DNA of 32,000 bases from Pseudomonas aeruginosa (GTDB lineage Bacteria > Pseudomonadota > Gammaproteobacteria > Pseudomonadales > Pseudomonadaceae): positions 2,280,001-2,312,000 of the forward strand of contig NZ_LN831024.1 in assembly GCF_001457615.1 (NCBI RefSeq), written 5' to 3'. Shown piece after piece: positions 10,353-19,292 of this stretch. Position numbers and translations under genes: made by a program. The notes under the pieces are model-generated. The model made no database searches. It was given only the letters and a program-made list of their open reading frames with translations, and was not told where the DNA came from. Each line of letters starts with the position of its first letter. Position 1 is the stretch's first letter.

Positions 10353-10380
10353 AAAAAGCCCGGCATTCGCCGGGCTTTTT
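10353..10380 (+). terminator. Rho-independent terminator of efp
   Basis: AAAAAGCCCGGC-ATTC-GCCGGGCTTTTT. Confidence 0.88.
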
Positions 10381-10422
10381 CGTTTCCGCTGTCCGCCGCC
10401 GCGGCGCGGAGAGTCGGAAGCT

Positions 10423-10851
10423 TCAGACCGACACGTTCAGGCGTACGTCGATATTGCCGCGGGTAGCGTTGGAGTAGGGGCAGACCTGGTGGGCGGCGGC
10501 TACCAGCGCTTCGGCGGCTTCGCGCTCCAGGCCCGGCAGGCTGATGTGCAGTTCGACCTCCAGGCCGAAGCCGCCGGGAATCTGGCCGATGCCGACCTTG
10601 CCGGTTATCGAGGCGTCGGCGGGAAGGGTCTGCTTGCGCTGGCCGGCAACGAACTTCAGGGCTCCGATGAAGCAGGCGGAGTAGCCGGCGGCGAACAGTT
10701 GTTCCGGGTTGGTGGCCGCGCCGCCCTGGCCGCCCAGTTCGCGCGGAGTGCTGAGTTTCACGTCGAGCACGCCGTCCGAGGATACCGCACGGCCGTCACG
10801 GCCTCCGGTGGCGGTTGCGGTTGCGGTGTAGAGAGCCTTGATGGTTTGCAT
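10423..10851 (-). CDS. ohr: Organic hydroperoxide resistance protein Ohr (thiol peroxidase)
   Basis: [27 protein letters not shown]..., with the catalytic cysteine blocks SACFIGAL and [13 protein letters not shown]. The track start was trimmed by three codons. Confidence 0.96.
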   Translation of the reverse strand: MQTIKALYTATATATGGRDGRAVSSDGVLDVKLSTPRELGGQGGAATNPEQLFAAGYSACFIGALKFVAGQRKQTLPADASITGKVGIGQIPGGFGLEVELHISLPGLEREAAEALVAAAHQVCPYSNATRGNIDVRLNVSV

Positions 10852-10995
10852 GAGGGTCACCTGTCTGATTTGTACGTTAAGTTCTTGCGCGCTAAGTAAG
10901 TGCGTGAAGTGAAATTTATCGTCATGTTATTTTGTGCGCAAGATAGATCGTTGGAAGATTTGGCGATAAAAACCAGACAGGTAGGTATAAGCCCC

Positions 10996-11451
10996 TCAAT
11001 CCGGTGCTTGCAGGTTGCCGCGCAGGGCCAGCAGCTCATCCTTTAGGGCGACCAGTTGTGGCAAGTCGAGGCCGGTACTCTCCAGGATGCAGGCGGGAAT
11101 GCTCTCGGCCTGTCGCTGCAGGGCGCGGCCCTTGTCGGTCAGGCGCAGCAGGACTACCCGCTCGTCTTCGCTGCTGCGAGTGCGGGTAATCAGACCTTCG
11201 CCCTCCAGGCGCTTGAGCAGAGGCGTGAGCGATCCCGGGTCGGTAAGCATGCGTGCGCTGATTTCGCCCACGGTCAGGCCGTCGCGTTCCCACAGCACCA
11301 GCATGGCGATGTACTGCGGATAGGTGAGGCCGAGCGCTTGCAGCAGGGGCTTGTAGACCTTGGTCATCTGCAGCGAGGTGGAATACAGGGCGAAGCACAG
11401 CTGGTTGTCCAGCTTGAGCTGCTCGCAAGGGGTGGTGGGCAGTCGGGACAT
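10996..11451 (-). CDS. ohrR: MarR-family organic hydroperoxide sensor-repressor OhrR (two-Cys type)
   Basis: MSRLPTTPCEQLKLDNQLCFALYSTSLQMTKVYKPLLQALGLTYPQYIAMLVLWE..., conserved NQLCFALY peroxidatic Cys19 and second Cys in PACILES. It lies upstream of ohr in the same orientation. Confidence 0.94.
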   Translation of the reverse strand: MSRLPTTPCEQLKLDNQLCFALYSTSLQMTKVYKPLLQALGLTYPQYIAMLVLWERDGLTVGEISARMLTDPGSLTPLLKRLEGEGLITRTRSSEDERVVLLRLTDKGRALQRQAESIPACILESTGLDLPQLVALKDELLALRGNLQAPD

Positions 11452-11536
11452 GGCTGTCTTCCAAGTAAGTAGGGCACTGTGCATGAATTTAGCGTAGTGG
11501 CTATTGGCTTTCCAGGTTTCCCGCCGGGTGGTGTCC

Positions 11537-12499
11537 TCAGCGCTCGCCGAGACGCTGCTGCAGGGCCTGGTCCCAGGGCGGCGGAAAGCCGAAGCGCTCG
11601 CGGAGGAAAGCCAGCAGCAGACGGGTTCGCGAACTGGCTTCGCGTTCCAGGCGCAGGGCATAGATGCAGGTGGGCTCGGCGGCGGGCAAGCCGTCGTCGC
11701 AGAACAGCGCCTGCAGTTCGCCGCGCAGCAGGTACTCGCTGCACAACCAGGTCGGCAGGTGGGCGATGCCGAGGCCGGCCAGCGCCGCGTCGACCATCGC
11801 TTCGGCGTTATTGGTGGCCAGCCGCGCCCGTTTCGGCCGCAGGTGCTGGAGCTTGCCGTCGTGCTGGAAGCGCCAGGCATAGGGTGGCGACAGGTTGTCC
11901 CAATCGATGCCGGCATGCTCCGGCAGTTCGCCTGGGGATGCGGGAACGCCGTGTTCGCGCAGGTATTCCGGGCTGGCGCAGACCACCCGCACCATCGGCG
12001 CCAGCGAGGTGGCCACCAGGCGGCTGTCGGGTAGCGGGCCGGCGCGCAACACCAGGTCGACCTCGCCGAGATGTTCGCCCTGCAGGTCGATGAAGCTGCC
12101 GATCAGGCGCAATTGCACGTCGAGGCCGGGGTTGGCCTTGAGGAAGTCGGCGACCGCCGGGGCCAGGTGGCGGCGGCCGAAGGGCACCGGGGCATCGATA
12201 CGGATCAGGCCCTGCGGCGCGGTGCTCAGGGACACCGCTTCGGCACGGGCCAGGCGCAGTTCGGTGACGATCCGCCGGGCGCGGTCGGCGAAGGCCAGGC
12301 CGGCCGGAGTAGCGCGCACCGCATGGGTGGTGCGCACCAGCAGAGTGCTGCCGACGGCGCGTTCCAGGGCGTCCATCCGGCGCGCCACGGCGGACGGGGT
12401 GAGCGGGTGCTTGCGCGCAGCGGCGGAGAAGCTGCCGCCATCGAGGACATCGAGGTAGAGAACGAACTGTTCGCTGAGGGTATCGGGCAACATGCTCAT
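11537..12499 (-). CDS. LysR-type transcriptional regulator
   Basis: FVLYLDVLDGGSFSAAARKHPLTPSAVARRMDALERAVGSTLLVRTTHAVRATPAG is a LysR HTH, followed by a substrate-binding domain. The start is either MSML at 12499 or MLPD at 12493. Confidence 0.92.
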   Translation of the reverse strand: MSMLPDTLSEQFVLYLDVLDGGSFSAAARKHPLTPSAVARRMDALERAVGSTLLVRTTHAVRATPAGLAFADRARRIVTELRLARAEAVSLSTAPQGLIRIDAPVPFGRRHLAPAVADFLKANPGLDVQLRLIGSFIDLQGEHLGEVDLVLRAGPLPDSRLVATSLAPMVRVVCASPEYLREHGVPASPGELPEHAGIDWDNLSPPYAWRFQHDGKLQHLRPKRARLATNNAEAMVDAALAGLGIAHLPTWLCSEYLLRGELQALFCDDGLPAAEPTCIYALRLEREASSRTRLLLAFLRERFGFPPPWDQALQQRLGER

Positions 12500-12593
12500 G
12501 CCTTTGCGTAATTGGCATAGCCATTGTGCTTTCTTGTGCGTTTCCCATCCAGCCACGCTTGCCTAGCATGGAGGCGTCGAAAGAGGGGCTGAC

Positions 12594-13343
12594 ATGCTGG
12601 ATGTATTTCTCGATTTCCTGCTGGGGATGGTGCTCGGTTGCCTGGGCGGTCTGTTCGGGATAGGCGGCGGCTTGCTGGCGATCCCGGCGCTGGGGGTGAT
12701 CTTCGGTCTCGACCAGCAACTGGCGCAGGGTACCGCGCTGGTGATGGTGGTACCGAACGTGGTGCTGGCGTTGTGGCGCTACCACCAGCGCAACCGCATC
12801 GATCCGCGCCAGGCCGGAGTCCTTGCCCTGACCGGCCTGCTTTGCGCGTTCCTGGCGTCCAGCGTGGCCGCGCGGATCGATGCGGCGCGGATGCGCGAAG
12901 CGTTCGTGATCTTCCTCCTGGCGCTGGCCGGCTACATGTTCTGGCGCCTGTTCCGGCGCCCGCCGCAGGGCGGCGCGACGCCGCGCTACGGTTTGCCCTG
13001 GATGGGCGTGCTGGGCCTTGGCGCGGGCTCGCTCGGCGGGCTTTTCGGGGTCGGTGGCGGGGTGCTGGCGACACCGGTGCTGACTTCGGTGTTCGGCCTC
13101 GCCCAGGTCGTCGCCCAGGGCCTCGCGCTGGCCCTGGCCGCGCCGAGCACGGCGGTGGCGCTGGGGACCTACGCCATGCACGGCCATGTCGACTGGCGGA
13201 TGGGGATCCCCCTGGCGCTGGGCGGCCTGCTGAGCATTTCCTGGGGCGTGAGGCTGGCCCACGCCTTGCCCGAGCGCAGCCTGCGCATGGCCTTCTGCGC
13301 CTTCCTCGCATTGTGCGCGGTGCTCCTGCTGGTGCGCGGTTGA
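12594..13343 (+). CDS. TauE/SafE (TSUP) family membrane permease
   Basis: MLDVFLDFLLGMVLGCLGGLFGIGGGLLAIPALGVIFG...GLGAGSLGGLFGVGGGVLATPVL: the duplicated GxGGG motif of TSUP proteins. Confidence 0.9.
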   Translation: MLDVFLDFLLGMVLGCLGGLFGIGGGLLAIPALGVIFGLDQQLAQGTALVMVVPNVVLALWRYHQRNRIDPRQAGVLALTGLLCAFLASSVAARIDAARMREAFVIFLLALAGYMFWRLFRRPPQGGATPRYGLPWMGVLGLGAGSLGGLFGVGGGVLATPVLTSVFGLAQVVAQGLALALAAPSTAVALGTYAMHGHVDWRMGIPLALGGLLSISWGVRLAHALPERSLRMAFCAFLALCAVLLLVRG

Positions 13344-13344
13344 G

Positions 13345-14199
13345 TCAGAGACGGAAGCCCTCGCCGATGTATTCGGCGAGCTTCTCGGTGACCGGTGACT
13401 GGCTGTGCGGGTTGCGCATCAGCATGATGCTGGCCGAGGGCAGGGCGGGCAGGCCCTCGCTCTCGTCGAGGATGCGCAGGTTGCCGGTGAGCAGGCTGCG
13501 CAGTTGCACGGTCACGGCGAGGCCGGCGCTGACCACCGCGAACAGCGCCGACAGGCTGGGGCTGCTGTAGGCGATGCGGTAGTCCAGTTCCGCCGCCTCC
13601 AGGGCGTTGCAGGCCCAGGCCCGGCAAAAGCAGGTGGTGTTGAACATGGCCAGCGGGATCGGCCGCTGGTCGTGGGGGCAGAAGCCCTCGGCGGCCATCC
13701 AGACGAAGGGCTCCTGGCGCAGCAACTGGCCGATCTCGGTGCCCGGCTCGCGGGTGACGATGGACAGGTCGAGGTCGTTGCGCGCCAGCAGGTTGAGCGA
13801 GGTGTCGCAATGCACCTCGACCTGCACCAGCGGATAGGCTTCGGCGAAGCGCGACAGGATCGCCGGGAGGAAGCGCATCACGTAGTCGTCCGGGGTGCCG
13901 ATGCGCACCGAACCGACCATGTGCGGGCGGCGCAGGGTGTTGAACACCTCGCCGTGCAGCTTGAGGATCCGCCGGGCATAGCCGAGCAGCACCTGGCCTT
14001 CGGCGGTGAGGCGGGTCTGCCTTCCGTCGCGCTCGAACAGCGAGCGCTGCAGGACGTCCTCCTCGAGCCGCTTCATCTGCATGCTGACCGCCGACTGGGT
14101 GCGATTCACCGCCTCCGCGGCGCGGGTGAAACCACCGTGCTCGGCGATGGCGACGAAGGTGCGGAGCAATTCCGTATCAATGCCGGGCTGGTAGCTCAT
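13345..14199 (-). CDS. LysR-type transcriptional regulator
   Basis: LLRTFVAIAEHGGFTRAAEAVNRTQSAVSMQMKRLEEDVLQRSLFERDGRQTRLTAEG is a LysR HTH. Confidence 0.93.
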   Translation of the reverse strand: MSYQPGIDTELLRTFVAIAEHGGFTRAAEAVNRTQSAVSMQMKRLEEDVLQRSLFERDGRQTRLTAEGQVLLGYARRILKLHGEVFNTLRRPHMVGSVRIGTPDDYVMRFLPAILSRFAEAYPLVQVEVHCDTSLNLLARNDLDLSIVTREPGTEIGQLLRQEPFVWMAAEGFCPHDQRPIPLAMFNTTCFCRAWACNALEAAELDYRIAYSSPSLSALFAVVSAGLAVTVQLRSLLTGNLRILDESEGLPALPSASIMLMRNPHSQSPVTEKLAEYIGEGFRL

Positions 14200-14295
14200 T
14201 CATCAATCTCCAAGATGCATTGCATAAGAATGATTCGTTGGATTGATCCTATGCCTGGCGGGACACTGTGCCTATCCCGAACGGAGGGCAAGACG

Positions 14296-14529
14296 ATGAA
14301 AGGTCAACAGGATTATTTCGGCAGTCGCTTCCACGCTGCATCCCATCCCGCCTCGACCGCTGCGCCGTCGTTGTGGCGTCGCTGGCGGCGCTGGTTGCAG
14401 TTGGCCCGCGAGCGCCGGGAACTGCTGAGGATGAGCGACGAAGCGCTGAAGGACCTCGGCCTGAGTCGGGCGGATATCTTCCAGGAGGGCGAGCGGCATT
14501 TCTGGGACGACCCGCTGCGTCGGCATTGA
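14296..14529 (+). CDS. DUF1127 (YjiS-like) small protein
   Basis: MKGQQDYFGSRF...SLWRRWRRWLQLARERRELLRMSDEALKDLGLSRADIFQEGERHFW. It has the basic helix and 'L..msD..L.DlGlsR.di' signature. The start was moved to 14296. Confidence 0.88.
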   Translation: MKGQQDYFGSRFHAASHPASTAAPSLWRRWRRWLQLARERRELLRMSDEALKDLGLSRADIFQEGERHFWDDPLRRH

Positions 14530-14611
14530 GCGAACCGCAGCGGCGCGCCAGGCTGGCACGGCGGCGGAGGCGCGATAGACTCGCAGTCTCCTTCATCGAC
14601 TGGGGCGCTCC

Positions 14612-15820
14612 ATGAGTCTTTCGCTTTCCCTCGCCGAAGCCCGCCGCCTGGCCCTGGCCGCGCAGGGCTTCGACGGCCGGCGGACGCGCCGCAGCGTGCA
14701 GCGGCGGCATCTGCGCGAAATGCTCGCGCGCCTTGGCCTGTTGCAGATCGATTCGGTGAATGCGCTGGTGCGCTCGCACTACCTGCCGCTGTTTTCCCGT
14801 CTCGGTCCCTACTCCATGACGCTGCTCGACGAGGCGGCCTGGAGTGTCGGCCGTCACCGCCAGTTGTTCGAATACTGGGGGCACGAGGCCTCGCTGCTGC
14901 CGCTGGAACACTACCCGTTGATGCGCTGGCGGATGCGCCAGGCCGCCGACGGCCAGGGCATCTACCAGCAACTGGCACGTTTCGGCCGGGAACAGCAGCC
15001 ACTGATCCGCCAGGTGTTGCAGGCGGTGCGCGAGCAAGGTGCGCTAGGTGCCGGCAGCCTGAGCACGCGGCAGGAGCGGGCCGGTCCCTGGTGGGACTGG
15101 AGCGCGGAAAAGCATGCGCTGGAATGGCTGTTCGCCGCCGGCGAGCTGACGGTGGCCGGACGGCGCGGCTTCGAGCGGCTCTATGACCTGCCGGAGCGGG
15201 TGTTTCCCGCGGAATTGCTGGCGCGCCCCGAGCTTTCGGAGGCACAGGCCCAGCGCGAGCTGTTGCGGATGGCGGCGAGCGCCCTGGGCGTGGCCACCGA
15301 AAAGGACCTGCGCGACTACTATCGGCTGAGCCCGGCGCAGAGCCGCGCGCGCCTCGCCGAACTGGTGGAGGCTGGCGAGCTGCTGCCGGTCCGGGTCGAG
15401 GGCTGGAGCCAGCCGGCCTACTGCCCCGGCGAACCGCAGGTGCCGCGGCGGCTAGGCGCCAGTGCCTTGCTCTCGCCCTTCGACTCGTTGGTCTGGGAGC
15501 GGGCGCGGGCCGAGCGCCTGTTCGATTTCCGCTATCGCCTGGAGATCTACACGCCGAAGGAAAAACGCGTGTACGGCTACTACGTGCTGCCATTCCTGTA
15601 CAACGGCCGTCTGGTCGGCCGCGTCGACCTCCGCGCCGAGCGGGCGCGCGAGCGCCTGGCGGTGCATGCGTTGCATGCCGAGGCGAACGGCATGGACGAT
15701 GCCGCCCTGCACGAGCTGGCCGAGCAACTGCGCAGCATGGCCGCCTGGCTGGGCCTGGCGACGGTGGCGATCGAGGGGCGCGGGGAGTTGGCGGTACGCT
15801 TGCGCGGGGTGCTGCTCTAG
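14612..15820 (+). CDS. Winged-helix protein of the YcaQ/AlkZ-like family (putative DNA interstrand-crosslink glycosylase)
   Basis: LARLGLLQIDSVNALVRSHYLPLFSRLGPY, with the QID (Q-phi-D) motif typical of the YcaQ/AlkX branch; C-terminal ALLSPFDSLVWERARAERLFDFRYRLEIYTPKEKRVYGYYVLPFL. Confidence 0.87.
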   Translation: MSLSLSLAEARRLALAAQGFDGRRTRRSVQRRHLREMLARLGLLQIDSVNALVRSHYLPLFSRLGPYSMTLLDEAAWSVGRHRQLFEYWGHEASLLPLEHYPLMRWRMRQAADGQGIYQQLARFGREQQPLIRQVLQAVREQGALGAGSLSTRQERAGPWWDWSAEKHALEWLFAAGELTVAGRRGFERLYDLPERVFPAELLARPELSEAQAQRELLRMAASALGVATEKDLRDYYRLSPAQSRARLAELVEAGELLPVRVEGWSQPAYCPGEPQVPRRLGASALLSPFDSLVWERARAERLFDFRYRLEIYTPKEKRVYGYYVLPFLYNGRLVGRVDLRAERARERLAVHALHAEANGMDDAALHELAEQLRSMAAWLGLATVAIEGRGELAVRLRGVLL

Positions 15821-15825
15821 CGAGC

Positions 15826-15847
15826 GCTCCCGCCGGGCGGCGGGAGC
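15826..15847. terminator. GC-rich hairpin between convergent genes, possibly bidirectional
   Basis: Perfect 9-bp stem GCTCCCGCC-GGGC-GGCGGGAGC in the 40-bp convergent gap. There is no U tract. Confidence 0.45.
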
Positions 15848-15860
15848 GGCCGCGGCGCGC

Positions 15861-17207
<1,347 letters not shown>

Positions 17208-17382
17208 CTACGACTCTTGGCAATGCTCGGGAAAGCGGATTGCGGCATGGTAGAGCAGCTCGCCGCAGCGCCGCCAGCGATCGTTGCAATAGCGGAAATC
17301 CATCGTCGGGCCGGCTTTGCTATGCTGCGGTGCTTTTGCCGGAGCGCCTGGCGATAGCCGGCGAAGCGGCGGGGGGAGGTGA

Positions 17383-18132
17383 GTGGTGAGCGAAGAACGT
17401 CTGCTGGTCGAGGAGCGCGACGAATACGGGGTCATCCGGGTCATCGAGTCCGGCGACTATCGCTTCCTCGAGTTCGGCGACGGTGTCGAGCAGAGCTGCG
17501 TGTTCATGCCCGATCCAGCCTGGCTGGAATACGACTACACCCGCGCCATGCTGCTCGGCGGGCTCTGCCATTCGCAACCGCGTCGCGCGTTGTTCCTCGG
17601 TTTCGGCGCCGGCAGCCTGACCCAGGCCTGCCTGCGCCACCTGCCGCTGGAGGAGGCCGAGGCCATCGAGCTGCGCCCGGCGATTCCGCGCCTGGCCCGC
17701 GAGCATCTGGGGCTGCGCGACGACCCGCGCCTGCGATTGCGCATCGGCGACGCACTGGAGAGCCTGGGCGAATGCGCGGAGGCCGACCTGATCTTCCTCG
17801 ACCTCTATACCGATACCGGCCCGTCGGCCGCGCACCTGGCCTGGAATTTCCTCGGTGCCTGCCAGGAGCGCCTCGCCGAGGATGGCTGGCTGGTGATCAA
17901 CCAGTGGAGCGGCACCGATGGCAAGCCGCTGGGCGCGCCGCTGCTGCGCGGGCGCTATCACCATCATTACTGGGAGTGTCCGGTGGCCGAGGGCAACGTG
18001 GTGATGCTGGTGCCGGCGAACCTGGCCCTCGAACTCGACCAGGAAGCCCTGCGGACGCGTGCCGCGGCGCTGGAGCCGCAACTCGGCTATTCGTTGCAGG
18101 GCTATATCGACAGCCTGCGCCCGGCCCAGTAG
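17383..18132 (+). CDS. Spermidine synthase-like methyltransferase-fold protein
   Basis: ALFLGFGAGSLTQACLRHLPLEEAEAIELRPAIPRLAREHLGL...ADLIFLDLYTDTG. GTG start at 17383 or 17386. Confidence 0.85.
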   Translation: MVSEERLLVEERDEYGVIRVIESGDYRFLEFGDGVEQSCVFMPDPAWLEYDYTRAMLLGGLCHSQPRRALFLGFGAGSLTQACLRHLPLEEAEAIELRPAIPRLAREHLGLRDDPRLRLRIGDALESLGECAEADLIFLDLYTDTGPSAAHLAWNFLGACQERLAEDGWLVINQWSGTDGKPLGAPLLRGRYHHHYWECPVAEGNVVMLVPANLALELDQEALRTRAAALEPQLGYSLQGYIDSLRPAQ

Positions 18133-18157
18133 CCAGGGCGCGCGGACAAGGGCCCGG

Positions 18158-18949
18158 CTAGCGTCCTTCGAAGCGTCCCGGGCGGCGTTCCTGGAGAGCG
18201 CGCAGGCCTTCCTTGGCGTCCTCGCTGTCGAGCAGGCGCCTGGCGGCTTCCGGCAACGCAGCGGCGGCGACCGCTTCGCCTTCCAGCAGGGCCTGGCGCG
18301 CCGAGCCGAGGGTGGCGCGCACGCCCAGCGGCGCCTGGGCCGCGACCCGTTCGGCGAGGGCGATGGCGTGGTCGAGGAGGTCCTCCGGGGCGGTGACTTC
18401 CTGCACCAGGCCGAGACGATAGGCTTCGTGGGCGTCGAATTCGTCGCCGGTGAGCAGCCAGCGCATGGCGTTGCCCCAGCCGGCGACCTGATGCATGCGC
18501 AGTGTCGCGCCACCGAACGGGAGGATTCCGCGCTGCACTTCGAGCTGGGCGAAGCGCGCGTTGCTGGCGCAGAGGTTGATGTCGGCCGCCAGCATCAGTT
18601 CGATGCCGATGGTGTAGCAGTAGCCTTGCACGGCCACCACCAGCGGCTTGCTTGGACGCCGGCCGCCGAAGGTGCCCCAGGGATCGACGGCGCCTTCGGG
18701 GAGTTTCCAGCCCTGGCGGAAGGTCTCGCCGACATTGGCCAGGTCCAGCCCGGCGGTGAAATGCTCGCCGTGGGCGAAGAGCAGGGCACAGCGCAACTGG
18801 TCGTCGGCCTCGTATTCGCCGAGCGCGGCGACCAGGTCGTCGAGCATCGGCAGGTCGAAGGCGTTGCGCTTGGCCACGCGGTCGAGGCCGAGCAGCAGCA
18901 GGTGGCCGCGCCGTTCGCGGCTGATGCGTCCTGGGAGGGTGTCGTTCAT
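18158..18949 (-). CDS. Enoyl-CoA hydratase/isomerase (crotonase) family protein
   Basis: RNAFDLPMLDDLVAALGEYEADDQLRCALLFAHGEHFTAGLDL...ACVVAVQGYCYTIGIELMLAADI-type crotonase blocks. The start was moved to MNDTLPG at 18949. Confidence 0.9.
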   Translation of the reverse strand: MNDTLPGRISRERRGHLLLLGLDRVAKRNAFDLPMLDDLVAALGEYEADDQLRCALLFAHGEHFTAGLDLANVGETFRQGWKLPEGAVDPWGTFGGRRPSKPLVVAVQGYCYTIGIELMLAADINLCASNARFAQLEVQRGILPFGGATLRMHQVAGWGNAMRWLLTGDEFDAHEAYRLGLVQEVTAPEDLLDHAIALAERVAAQAPLGVRATLGSARQALLEGEAVAAAALPEAARRLLDSEDAKEGLRALQERRPGRFEGR

Positions 18950-19070
18950 GCGGCGGTTTCCTGGCGGGGGGCGGGCAACGTCGGTATAGACGTCTGGAAT
19001 CGGGATGTCCATTGTCAGTCTCTCCGATGACGCATGTCGGAAAAAACGCACACAAACGTCAAAATTCCGG

Positions 19071-19076
19071 TATGAT
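19071..19076 (+). promoter_or_regulatory. Candidate -10 element (TATGAT) for deaD, implying a leader of roughly 200 nt
   Basis: TATGAT in an AT-richer stretch (ACGTCAAAATTCCGGTATGATG) upstream of deaD. No good -35 element was found. Confidence 0.4.
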
Positions 19077-19292
19077 GCGCGCCGGTCAAAACTGACCCCG
19101 TTCAGGACCTGCATTTTTCGGAGCGCTGTGCTCTGGCTGTGTATCCGCTCTGCGGATTTCCTTTACGTAATCTTCTAATTCAAAAGCAATCTCGCAAATC
19201 CCCGCCCCAGCTGCCTGGGTGGCCGTTTCGGCCGTACAGGGCATGAGCAGCCATGGGTCATGGGTCTTTGCGGATGTATACGAGGCAAACCC

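Noticed and set aside
11808-13262. 484-aa minus-strand ORF in the track
   Set aside because: Arg/Pro/Gln-rich GC shadow covering the well-supported TauE/SafE-like gene and part of the LysR gene. No family motifs.
18213-19030. Overlapping Ala/Gly/Arg-rich plus-strand ORFs (e.g. 18059..19030) over the crotonase gene
   Set aside because: Shadow frames of the enoyl-CoA hydratase with no start-site support.
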